Of a DNA stretch of 59,628 nucleotides, positions 26,701 through 38,150 are shown in pieces. This DNA comes from Oopsacas minuta (taxonomy: Eukaryota; Animalia; Porifera), in contig JAKMXF010000345.1 of NCBI GenBank assembly GCA_024704765.1, positions 204,397 through 264,024 of the forward strand. Direction: 5' to 3'. Every line of letters begins with the position of its first letter. Within the stretch, counting starts at the first letter, position 1. The notes under the pieces are model-generated. The model saw only the letters and a list, made by a program, of their open reading frames with translations, did no database searches and was not told the origin of the DNA. A program made the translations under genes and the position numbers.

Positions 26701-29700
26701 TGTTTTCACTAATTGTTTTAAAGTATAATCCCTCGTTAATTAGATGCCCAAATCCTCCTACTAAAGCATGAAATAGATATATTCACATAATCAAATACAG
26801 TGGAGTTCGCTTACTAGCAAGTCGAATTTTGCACAAGAAAACTTGCTAATAGGCGCACTTGCTAATAGAGCAACTCAATCAATTTGATAAATACTATTGT
26901 TGTATCTACACGTACATACGTGTATGAGATAATATAATACGTAAAAGCAACCACAATTTCCTCTAAATTGAAGAATGTAAATTAGGTTTACTACTATATT
27001 ACAGAATAATTTCATTATAACAAGTTCTTGTTAGTAAACGAACTAAAGGTTCCTTTATTAAGTTATTAGCAAGTCGTGTTTTTGAGAAAACTTGCTTATA
27101 GGGCGAGCTTGCTAATAAGTGAACATAATTAATGCAATTTGGGGCCATTGTGAACCTTAAAACAAACTTGCTATTAGGCGAATCTTGCTAATAAGGCTAT
27201 TGCTAATAGACGAACACTACTGAAGCTAATATGTATGTGGATGAATAATATACTGACCTGATGTTACATTTGAAGGTCTTTTGCATAGAAAAGCATATCT
27301 CGTCATTTTACAGCCCAGGGTGCCCCAACTACCCTCTTCAGCATTGATGATTTCAACACAATCTTCATCACTGACAGATGGTGCACTTCCTGTCCAGTTC
27401 ATATGATTATATACTAAACCATCAGTCCAGGTATAAGATCCATCTCCATCTCTATCATTCAATCCTATCCAGCAATTACTCACTGTATCAGGGATAGTAG
27501 TGTATAAGTAGTTATTCTCTCTCTCTGTAGTAATACTAGTCAAGTCACCACCCCATACAGCACAACTAGATTGAGCATCTAACCAGTTGATTCCAGTACT
27601 TACTTTAAATAATCGATAGCAAAATCCATTATAGATCAGATCACATCCTTGTGAGTTACCTATCAAATATGGAAAATATCTTGAGTTTGGTGGGTTGAAA
27701 GAACAGAATTACATTTGACATATATTTCTCACATTCTTGCATATAATTAATAGTTTCATTGATAATAATCTATTATTTGGTTGTCACAAAATCACAGTAA
27801 TGTAATGAAGTGAAACGAATTGCCATATAACGAAATCGGTATTTCCGATCACTTACCTGATTGACTGCAGAAATAACAACTTCTACGGGTTTGACAACCT
27901 CGATTAATCCAACCTGTTGATAATACTCCTGCGCGCTCCTGTATCTGAATCTAACACAGTCCCATGGAGCATTTGAATCTCCGGGATTTATTCCAATAAG
28001 TGAATCGAAGTTCCTATAAGTACTTGCACTACCATCTATCCATACAAATGCGCTAGCATCAGTACCAGCTTCTACATCTATATCATTTAGACCTATAAAA
28101 CATGAAAAAGCATTATCTAAATCTGTTATGCTATAGAACAATAAGCTATCCTCTTCTGCTGACTTGATTGTAGCAAGATTTCCTCCCCAGTTGATGCAAT
28201 AGAGTTGTGCAGTTATCCAGTTTATGACTGGAGAAATTGTAAAATATCCAAAAGTGTTATCATCTAATATAAATTCTTCTTCTGGGTTCCTTTCTAACAA
28301 ACAAGATTATTATTATATTCATCATCAAATTTTGATATCCACGAGTGTAAAATTAATTACATATATCATGTACTATTACCTGTAATAGCTGGTGAAGATG
28401 AAAGAGTAATTTGTATAGCACACACATCAACTCCATCCCAGTTGTTAATATAGAATTCGTATAGCCCAGCATTTCCTTCCATGAAATTATCAATTGATAT
28501 ATTAGATCGAGTGGGGTTTGCAAGCCCTAGAACAGTCCATTTTCCAACAATATTGGTAGAGAGAGTAATATCTTGTGTTGATAATGGGATAGCAAGCTCA
28601 TTCATAGCTGGACAGACAGCTGTGAATTTACTAGCACTGATGCTACCAATGTGAATTGTTAATTCTGGAACTAAATAAACACAATATTCATATAGATATA
28701 GTGGAACCTACAATGTAACACATGCAAATGGAGACTAATACGATCTTTCCGCATCATGTAACCGTTACTAATATGTTCCCCTGTACACTACATATCAGAT
28801 AATGAAACAATAATTATTGAATAAATAGTTACCTTGCAAGCTGATAAAGTTTGAATATATTATACTTGAATCTCTGACACAATTTATTCCAGTAGATTGT
28901 TCTGGTAAAGTATTCCTCTCATTGTATATGTTGATAGGATTCAGGAAATCTCCACTACCTGTTAGAGACCACTTCAGCATACTTAAATCATCACTGACAA
29001 CAGGATCGCATAACAGTAATACATCCTCTCTATCTACTCCTACTATATATACATATGGAGTACCTTCTGTTGCAACTAAATGGAAGAATGGAATTTCAAT
29101 AGATTAATAAGTGGGGTAAGAACAGGTTTCTGCGCGGGCCGCATTCTAATTCCAAATTTTATGCGGGCCGTATTGACCTACGACTACGTTCCATGTCCTA
29201 ATTTATTAGAGAAACTCTACTAGCGAATTGAAAAATAAAACAATAATTATGCATAATAATTAACAAATAGTATTCAAATTTTCCATGGGGACGGAATTTC
29301 CGAATACGTGAGAAGAGTAATACAGTGATCAAATAATTTGAGTACTCAAACAACTTAAGCCAGGCGGGCCGGTTCAAGATCACAAGCGGGTCGGATCCGG
29401 CCCGCGGGCCGTAGCTTGCCTACCCTGAATAATAATATATAGAAAATATCACACAAAGATATACTCACCGGTTGTTAATGAATTATCATATAAACCAATC
29501 GTATAAGTTACTGAACCGACTTGACACTGATAATATCCTTGTTTGGTAATATCAACTGCTAACCAGCTCCATCCAGTTTCCGCATTACTATATGTTGCTG
29601 TAAGTACTTCAATATCTGATAAATCTGAGTTTTCTGAAAAATTCCATATGATAACATTGCTCTCTTCTCCTCCAAAAGCTAATGTACGTGAAGTGAAAAA

Positions 29701-32700
29701 GAATTCGTTGTCGCTAATTGTCCCAAAGTCTAATCCTCCATTAGTAAGTTGTCCAAATCCCACAGCTAAAACATGATATGTATTAATATATTGTATCCAA
29801 TAGCTACTATTTATATGGAATTGTAGCATTCGCATTATACTGACCTGTTGTTACAGATGAAGGTCTCTTGCATAGAAAAGTATTTATCGTGATTTCGCAG
29901 CTTACAGTCTCCCAACTACCCTCTCCAGCTCTTATTATTTCAACACAATCTTCATTACTAAAAGATGGTTCACTCCCTGTCCAGTTTGTATGACTATATA
30001 CTGAACCATCAATCCAGGAATATATTCCATCTCCATCTCTATCATTCAATCCTATCCAGCAATTACTCACTGTATCAGGGATAATAGTGTATAAGTAATT
30101 ATTCTCTCTCTCTGTAGTAATACTAGTCAAGTCACCACCCCATATAGCACAACTAGATTGAGCATCTAACCAGTTGATTCCAGTACTCACTTCAAATAAT
30201 CGATAGCAAGATCCATTATAGATCAGATCACATCCTTGTGAGTTACCTATCGAATTAAGTAACTAGATTGAATAAAAGTATTTTCAACAGTTTAGTAAAT
30301 TGAAAGAACAAAATACATTATATTATATTTTCACAGTTCAGTGTTTTCCTTCTTATTTGTATTATTTTAGTGTGACCATTGTCCAGGATTTTATACATCA
30401 AATACAGGATTCTCGAGATCATTATTTTGATTAGTCGGATGTGAAATTATGTGATTAGAAATCAACTCCCTGAGATATCGAATTTTACCCACAATATACT
30501 ATTGCTACACATAATACATCATAACTCATTTTAGAACCTGCATGCACTAATATATATTCTTGCTATCACATAGCTATGTCTCTAACTTTTCTGAAAAATA
30601 CACATCAATTCTTAAACTGGTTACCAATACCAGCGGCAGCTTTGCAATGTTCAATGAGGTCTCACGCTATTTCTATTACAAAATTGAACATCCATGTATA
30701 TTTTTATATAAATGCTTGTCAAATAATCATAAATATATTGTACAGGATCTTGTCAAGGACTTTGAAACTTATCTCCAGGAAAATTCCAGGAATTTGAATG
30801 TATGATGCTCCAATATACTGGGATTAGACCTAAATATGCTGGCCAACGGAAATGTAGTTTTGAGGCTTATTTTTACTACACTCATTTACCTACTTTGTTG
30901 CAGAAGTAACAAGACCTAGTAAGTTCACAACGTCTATTAATCCAGCCGGTTGATAATACTCCTGCTAGATTGTTATATCTGAATCTAACACAATCACAAT
31001 TAGGAAATTTATCTGAGGGACTTGGTATACCAGGATTTGGATCGAAGTTCCTATAAGTACTGTTACTACCATCTACCCATTTAAATTCACTAGCATTCGT
31101 ATCAGCCTCTACATCTATATCATTTAGACCTATATAACATGAAATATAGTCTGTATCAGGTCCTTGTGTACTATAAAACAATAAGTTGTCTTCTTCTGCT
31201 GACTTGATTGTAGCAAGATTTCCTCCCCAGTTATTGCATTCTACTTCAGCATCTGGCCAATTTATTGGGCTCACTATGAAGTATCCAAAGATCGTATCGT
31301 CATATATTAGAGAAATATTTGGAGTTGTTGCTTGAGCTAAAGAGAGAGATTTAGTACAGTAGTTTGAAATTGACCAACAGTTTGTGACATATACCTACAA
31401 TTTTTCTGATTTTTTCGGGACATCTCCCTATTTTCTCTAATCAGGTTGGCAATACTCGTATTGATATATCCATAGCCTACTAAATATAAGGCCTAACAGT
31501 AAAAGTACTAGGGATGCAGGAGTAGCTGCAAGTATTTATATACATGGTTTCTTTTGTATAGAAAAGGTGCATCTTGGCACTAATAAATGTAATGTACATT
31601 TGTAGAACATCAAATTTTACACCAATAAATGCTAAAACTTTCAGGAATGCGTCAAAATATGTGTCTAGTAAGCATTTATTTAGCAAAATATGTCATTCTT
31701 TGATGACTTGTAGAACGTTAAATATTGCTTATACCAACTCAAAGTGAACTAATGAATGATTTATAGATACTTATATAAAAAATGTCAAAAAATTGTCATT
31801 CAAAAGTTGCCTCGTTGTTGAGTTACGGTAAAGACCATGGATGACAGTCTTTTAGGCATATTCAATGGGGGACCGTCGTTAGTCCTACTCTACATGTAAG
31901 CGTTAGTCCCAATTCTGATTTGTAGGTGTTAGTCCTACCTATAAAATAGCTATTTTATCTTTTTCATGAGTAGATGTTAGTCGTACTCTAAATACTGGCA
32001 ATAGTCCTACTCTTTTCAGGAGTAGACGTTACTAGCATTAGTCTTTGTTTCACAGTTATGGCAACCAAGAATATGAGCAGTTATTTTTCCACTAATTGGA
32101 TGCCAGTGATTGATTTTCATGGCATTAGCATTGGATCTTGGACCTGAGAGTTTGTTGGGAGTTTCCCTGACGTCCCTACGTGTTACCAAGTGCCTATATA
32201 ACTCACCAAGGTGATTGAATTGGAATTAACTTGGATTATCTAACTTAATTGCATTAGCTGAGAATATGAGCATTATAACATTAGCTATCAAATGTTCAAG
32301 AATGACATATTTTACTAAATTATTACATATTTTGACACATTACTGAAAATTTTTAGCATTTCTTGGTGTAAAATTTGATGTCCTACAAAAATGTAATACA
32401 TTTATTCAGGCAAAATGCATTTTTCTGCAATAATGAAACCCTGTGTATAAATTCTTTAGGCTAATACTGCATCCCTGGTGCCAAAACTTCCAGTTACGGT
32501 TAGCCCTCATGTTTAGAAGGCTATGATATATCATATATGTTTAGGGTATATGCATTTCTGGGACCGTCACGACTCGTAAATTAGGTACGCTAACTAATAA
32601 AAGTATTAATTATCTATATTATCAAAACTTAATTATTATACATGTATGTTTGTTTGTTTGTCCACTTTGTATTATAATAATATGGGATGAAGACCTGCGT

Positions 32701-34032
32701 AGATAATATTGGGAATAATATATCCTCCAGTTGACGATATTGGAAAGTAAACAATTACATTGGGGTAATCGAGTATGCCAAATCAGAATTTCACACTTAC
32801 GAATTAACCATATGCAAATTTATTCGTTGTTTTTATGAATACAAAGTAAACAAATGCTTGAAATATTCATTTATTAATTCAATTTTTAAATTTATACTTT
32901 ACCAACATCGAGGCACGAAGTGCCGAGTCGCGAGCAAGCGAAGCGGCTAGTATTAAAATGTAACCACAACTTGATAAAATACATTAGCATTATTTCGAAC
33001 TATGGATAAGAATAATTGAATTACAAAACGATCTAAACTTGAGTCAAATTTTGATTATCAACTACTGTGGGATATATCATAGTTGCAGGGACGTCGCCAC
33101 GGGGGGCAATCCCCCTGGTAAACCCTTGCCCCCCTTTGGAATTTCTTTTCCCCCCCTAGATGAAAATCGTGGCGGCGTCCCTGCATTATCCCTGGAGTTT
33201 GACCTATGATCCTGTGGAAAAATTGCTAAATCCAGGGAATATATGGGAAATTTCGGGCTTTTGTCCTGATAAATGAGGGAAAAATCATATAATTAGCATA
33301 GAAAATCCAGGGATTTCTCGGATAATATCCAGAAAAACAGTACAAGAGCTGGTAAATATTGTATATATCAATTCTATGTAACAGGGAGGACGATGTAGCT
33401 TATTATCCAAATATATTCGAGATAATACTATGGGCAACATCATAAAACCCACAAAATGTCTAACTTAGTCAAGAGGATGATAAAATTTGTAAAATTCCAT
33501 GAAAAATCTTAATTTTAAGCTCTTTTTATAAGGTCATCTTCCCTGAATACTTCTAAAAGTTTAACTTTGCAAGATGAGTAAAAAACATGTGGTGTCTGCA
33601 AGTCCATGTACAAAGAAGAATTGGTATATAATTCTGCAAATCATTCATCATGAAATTACCGCGAAATTTATCAAGCCATTGTGTGAAATAGTAATGATGA
33701 TGAATCGAAAATAGTACATACCCATTAGTAGCGTAAGATGGAGTGTGCATTAGTTAATTCCTGACACCTAACATATATTTAGTTTCTCTATGAATTGAAC
33801 AAGGTTTAGAAGTCTGTATTAGCTATTGCAAGGTGATAGATCGAATGCTTGCCAGGTCGAGTCGAGTTTCGTACTCGATCGATCGGATCGGGTTATGGAA
33901 AATGGTGACAGGTTCTATCTCCCATAACATCTATTTCTGGTCTAGAATACATTTGTAATACTTACCTGATTTAGTCAGAATTATTGTAGCAATTATCAGA
34001 AAGAATAATACAACTTTACAATAGAATTCCAT
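23781..34032 (-). CDS. Gene A: signal peptide + 2 x [CTL-B, CTL-A, Ig1, Ig2, Ig3] + 2 Ig-like + TM + Tyr-motif tail + D2-like pseudophosphatase; second module carries disabling lesions
   Basis: Exons: 34032-33966 (MEFYCKVVLFFLIIATIILTKS); 31336-30890, 30246-29845, 29765-29469, 29075-28833, 28670-28380; 28293-27857 (437 nt, 1-nt deletion), 27659-27258, 26760-26464 (in-frame TGA at 26560-26558), 26401-26160 or -26147, 26100-25813; 25724-25443; 25390-23781 (open; TM, tail, D2 with HCEDGISKTG). The terminal exon was not found nearby. Confidence 0.8.
26798..27222. mobile_element. Tc1/mariner (pogo/Tigger-like) MITE in a gene A intron
   Basis: Imperfect TIRs CAGTGGAGTTCGCTTACTAGCAA / TTGCTAATAGACGAACACTACTG, left TA, many internal CTTGCTAATA repeats. 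Confidence 0.7.
29111..29427. mobile_element. hAT (Charlie-like) MITE in a gene A intron
   Basis: Right end GGCCCGCGGGCCGTAGCTTGCCTACCCTG with GCGGGCC subterminal repeats; degenerate left end; flanks ATTAATAA / AATAATAA form an 8-bp TSD with one mismatch. Confidence 0.6.
31462..32534. mobile_element. Foldback-like element with ~240-bp imperfect inverted arms in gene A intron 1
   Basis: 31462-31700 aligns to the reverse complement of 32298-32534 (e.g. ACATCAAATTTTACACCAA, AAAATATGTCATTCTT). The interior holds about five degenerate TTAGTCCTACTCT units at 31879-32015. Confidence 0.7.
33084..33185. mobile_element. Small GC-rich MITE
   Basis: TIRs TGCAGGGACGTCGCCACG / CGTGGCGGCGTCCCTGCA (1 mismatch); no clear TSD. 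Confidence 0.65.
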
Positions 34033-35267
34033 TATTTCAGAATTCCTCAACATTTTAGATTTTTGTTGATTGATTCATTCAATAATTTTCATTATATAAT
34101 AATACAAGCATTACAGAGGATAATTTACTGTATTAGTTAGAAATATAATACATCCTTTATGATTTCTAAAATAATGAAAAATATTTTAGTATATTAATAA
34201 TGTATTGCATTATTTTCAGTGTCTGAGCATTAGATTTCCTGGAAGTACAGAATTCCTGTAAGGTACACACACACAAACACCATTTATGGTAACATGCCTA
34301 AAGTTATATGACTCACACAAGTGAATATTTTTCCCATAAATCTCTAAACACGCGTCGGAGCCTCATTAAACATCGGGGACTGGAAGATGAAAGAAAGTTA
34401 TAAACCCAAATTCATATAACAGTATGATTTATGAATGTTTTGATTGAAAATATGGTCGAAGTTAAGTATATTCAATTACACTGTTGGAAGACATAAGACT
34501 TCAGCCGTGAACGGTTATCGTAGAGCAATTGTTTTGAAAGAGAAGGAGCTTCAACCTCTCAGTTTTGTGGAAAATGAAGTCCCAAACGAAAATATATACT
34601 TAACTCTCACTTATAGCTAATTTATTCGAAAAAATTCTGGTTTACGAAAGATGCGAAAACGTTTCATTGAAATTTACCTCTTTTGTAATTAAGAAACAAA
34701 CTTTGTAGCAATTTTTGATTTTTACGTGAAATGCTTGATAGGAGCCAAAAATTTATGAATATAAATACAGATAGTATTCTATTGTCAAAAACTGGGAAAA
34801 ATCTCAGTTGAACGCCGTTATCTTTCCCAGTTATTGAAAATTGAATCTATGAATTAGCCCAGTTTCAGTGACAAATATAAACAAATAAATTTGATTTCAC
34901 ATTTTCAAGTTTCTCATGCGTAAATGTATTGTTGTTTGTATGAATATTAAGAAAAGAAATTTCAAAATTGAGGTAGAATCATACTTTCAACGACTATCCT
35001 GGGGTATTCGAGCATGTTGAGTCCGAATATGGTATGTAAACAACATATTGCCAATATTTGTTTAATTTTGGTACATAAAGTAAACAAATTTCAATATTGG
35101 TGTAGAATGATACTTTCAACGACTATACTGGTATACTACGATCGAGGGGAATATTGAAAATGATTCAAGTTTTGCTATATTTCTGTATATTTTGGGTGAA
35201 ATAGGGGAAATAACGTGAAATTCCGGATAAACATTGAAAATCTAGGGATTTAGGATGAAATACAAAA

Positions 35268-35369
<102 letters not shown>

Positions 35370-35560
35370 TTTGGTAAGTATTACATTACTCGTATACAAA
35401 TATTATTCAAGAGATTATATCTATTTTTATTTTATATCAGATTTCATTGAAAAGTAATTATTATTACAGAACCATAATGTTTGTAACCAATTCAATGTTA
35501 AGATTATATTTAATATTTTCTAATATTATTTTGTTTTCAGATTATTTTCGCGATTCTATA

Positions 35561-36805
35561 ATGGCTAGTGTTAGCACCACCCAGTTTGATGAGAGTTTTC
35601 CCTCTCAGGTAGAGAGAGTTCGCAGAGAAATCACTGAGAGGTTTATTAGGGCACACAAGGTTCTGCAAGACAGAGAGAGAAACCTCTTAGAAGAATTACA
35701 AGTCTTATTATATGATTATACTGGAGAGGGAATGGAGGAGGAAAAGAAACAAATGGTGACCTCCAAAGAATTCTTGTCTGCTCTAAAAGGGAACACGGGG
35801 AAAGATGTTCTAGATCAGAGTGTTGCTCTCATGGATGAAAGAATTAAAGAACTAGAGACGAAACTCGAGACAATTCGTCTTACCTATAAAAACGTGGGTT
35901 TGGAATGGGATGAGTTGCTGGAGAAGAGACTTGGAGAAACTGGTAGATTACGACTTAATCCCAGGAAGACCAAGACATCAGACTACAAGAATATGTCTCA
36001 ACCTGTAGAGGTGTTTGGGAGACATAGTACAGAGGACAAATCATCTGGTGTGTTTTATATCCCTGGTAGAATAGCTATAGATCCTTTGACTAACAATATC
36101 TACATATGTGATGTAGCATGGGATAGAGTACAGGTATTTAATAGTTCTTATGATTTTGTATTCCTATTCGATCACAAGATGGATGGTCCAGCTAGTATAT
36201 GTATAGCACAGGACAAGGTATATGTAACACAGTTAGGTAGCTGTTGCATGAATGTATATTCTATGAGAGGGCAGTTATTGCATTCTGTCGGAAGTAAAGG
36301 AAAGAATGAATTAGAATTTGACTGTCCATCAGGCATAGATATCTCTATTGATAAGAATAGCATTTATGTTACGGAATTCAATAATGACAGAGTTCAATGC
36401 TTGAACCTAGACTTGTCATTTAATTCTTTCATTCCTGATATTTATGGAGCTAGAGATGTTAAGCTAACCTCTACTGAGGTTGTTGTCCTGTGTAGTAGTG
36501 ATCCTTGCTTGATTATTTATAATTATGCTCACGAATCAATTCGTCATATGATTACTACAGGAGTAAGGAAACTAATAATATATCCAGTCTGTTTGTTCGT
36601 GGATGAATTTGCTAATATTCTTATTACTGACTGTGATGCTCATTGTGTATGTGTGTTTTCACATGAAGGGGAATTAATTCACAAGATAGGAAAGGAAGGA
36701 CAAGAGAGAGGAGAGTTTATCAAACCCACTGGAATATATATTAACCAGGAAGGGAGGCTTCTGGTAGCATCTCATAATCCTAATTATGCCATACAGATAT
36801 TCTAG
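35561..36805 (+). CDS. Coiled-coil + NHL-repeat beta-propeller protein (TRIM2/3/71-like C-terminus, no RING/B-box), 414 aa, intronless CDS
   Basis: N-terminal helical heptad region, then NHL repeats (FYIPGRIAIDPLTNNIYICD..RVQVF; FDCPSGIDI; FIKPTGIYIN..LLVA..IQIF). Start taken at ATGGCT 35561 because the longer ORF begins in an AT-rich, intron-like tract ending TTTTCAG at 35540. Confidence 0.85.
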   Translation: MASVSTTQFDESFPSQVERVRREITERFIRAHKVLQDRERNLLEELQVLLYDYTGEGMEEEKKQMVTSKEFLSALKGNTGKDVLDQSVALMDERIKELETKLETIRLTYKNVGLEWDELLEKRLGETGRLRLNPRKTKTSDYKNMSQPVEVFGRHSTEDKSSGVFYIPGRIAIDPLTNNIYICDVAWDRVQVFNSSYDFVFLFDHKMDGPASICIAQDKVYVTQLGSCCMNVYSMRGQLLHSVGSKGKNELEFDCPSGIDISIDKNSIYVTEFNNDRVQCLNLDLSFNSFIPDIYGARDVKLTSTEVVVLCSSDPCLIIYNYAHESIRHMITTGVRKLIIYPVCLFVDEFANILITDCDAHCVCVFSHEGELIHKIGKEGQERGEFIKPTGIYINQEGRLLVASHNPNYAIQIF

Positions 36806-37270
36806 TGACTCTTTAACTTTCCCCTTGTAGCTATTTCTTGTGACAAACCTATCTATCCTGTTATATAATTATCTCAGATTACTTCTGTGATTATTCAATT
36901 TACTACAGAACTAGTACGTGTATTGTGTTTTATGCTCTTTGTATTATTAACAAACTTTGCTTCATATTTTAATATCGTTTTTGTGTGGTAACAGCACTAA
37001 TTAATGGGGCGGAAGGCCTGTTGGCCTGGACCTCAAGGTCCAAGATGCCTCAGTCATTATTTCAACGAATAATTAAATAATCATCACCATATGACTTTAA
37101 TATATCATTATGTACCCATTTAGGAAATGATTGCAGACTGGCCCTGGGCTTTTGGTGGAAAATCCTATTTCCCTCAAATATTAGCCTCCATTTTCAATAA
37201 TCCTTACTAAAGGAGTGTAGTTAATACCAAAGAGCTATTTAGAACAACTGCGAGAGCTAATTTCATAGTA

Positions 37271-37805
37271 CAGTGGAACCCCGGAAATACGGTCACCCAC
37301 GGGACCGAGAAAAATGGCCGTAATTGTGAAACTTTTTGAAAGAAACCATATTCTATTAATATTTACCATACTATAATAATTATAACATGCTAATACATAA
37401 TTATTAGTTAAAATATGCATCTAACTTTGATTGTTTGCTATCTGAAAAACATGCAGAAATGGTCTTTTCGTTAACTCTATCTTCAATAGAAGATATGCTC
37501 GATGCCATTAATAATGTATGGATTACTGTCTCATTAATCTGCTTTGCATTTATATGTATACACTCCAATGTATTGTTATTTAATTGTCCAGAAATTGTTT
37601 TCGTTTCAAACATCCAATAGTGATTCCTATTGTTAAGATTGGCCGTAATTCTGAGGTTAAAATAGGGTTTCGTTCTAATAGTGTGGCCGGAATTCTGAAA
37701 TAAATTAATGTTAATGTCTATAGTATATTAAACGGGACTTTAAACAGTGGCCGGTATATCGAGGTGGCCGCTATTCTGGGGTGGCCGTTAAGCGGGGTTC
37801 CACTG
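37271..37805. mobile_element. Tc1/mariner (pogo/Tigger-like) MITE
   Basis: Perfect 13-bp TIRs CAGTGGAACCCCG / CGGGGTTCCACTG with TA on both sides; TGGCCG subterminal repeats. Confidence 0.9.
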
Positions 37806-37890
37806 TATATCCTAATCATATAATAGGGGTTTCTTCTTCATACTGATGTGTTTGGGTTAGTGCTTGTATGGGAAGTCGAAGTTTCCTACG

Positions 37891-38150
37891 TGTTGCTTTT
37901 GGTCTAATGTTGATAGAGAATGTTTCCTCTCCTAGAAATTGTGACCAGTTTTCATTCTTTCGTTTAACGATTTTACTAGGGCTTTGATTAATGGCCTTAT
38001 AAGACGGCTCAACTAATTCATGAGTTTACGGATGATAGAGAGTTGCAAATACTACCTTACAATCATAAGTTTCATGCAGTGATTTGCATATTTTTTATAA
38101 CTGGAGCTCATTGCCTGCAATAAATTGAGGATTTACTTCTTGCAACATCT
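37891..38150 (-). pseudogene. Decayed Gypsy/Ginger-type integrase core fragment
   Basis: Translation TLYHP*THELVEPSYKAIN..KIVKRKNENWSQFLGEETFSINIRPKAT resembles the retroelement integrase motif AYHPQTNGLVER..W...L..v.FsiN; it has in-frame stops. Confidence 0.55.

Noticed and set aside
3585-30805. Plus-strand ORFs overlapping cluster exons or introns (e.g. 3585-3878, 8388-8708, 12722-12958, 16287-16481, 23674-24045, 24925-25293, 29543-29776, 30560-30805)
   Set aside because: Antisense shadows of minus-strand exons or intronic ORFs with no domain signal. They recur only because the underlying sequence is duplicated.
706-31336. Diversity-generating retroelement acting on the CTL-fold domains
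   Set aside because: No reverse transcriptase and no template/variable repeat pair were seen. Differences include indels and all base types rather than adenine-specific changes, and the genes are spliceosomal.
1-31336. CRISPR-like array suggested by the recurring near-identical sequences
   Set aside because: The repeats are 230-450-nt protein-coding exons with splice sites, not short repeats with unique spacers; there are no cas genes.
1-34032. V(D)J-like somatic rearrangement signals
   Set aside because: No heptamer/nonamer or other conserved non-splice motif was seen flanking the exons by eye. Each gene has its own leader and ordinary introns.
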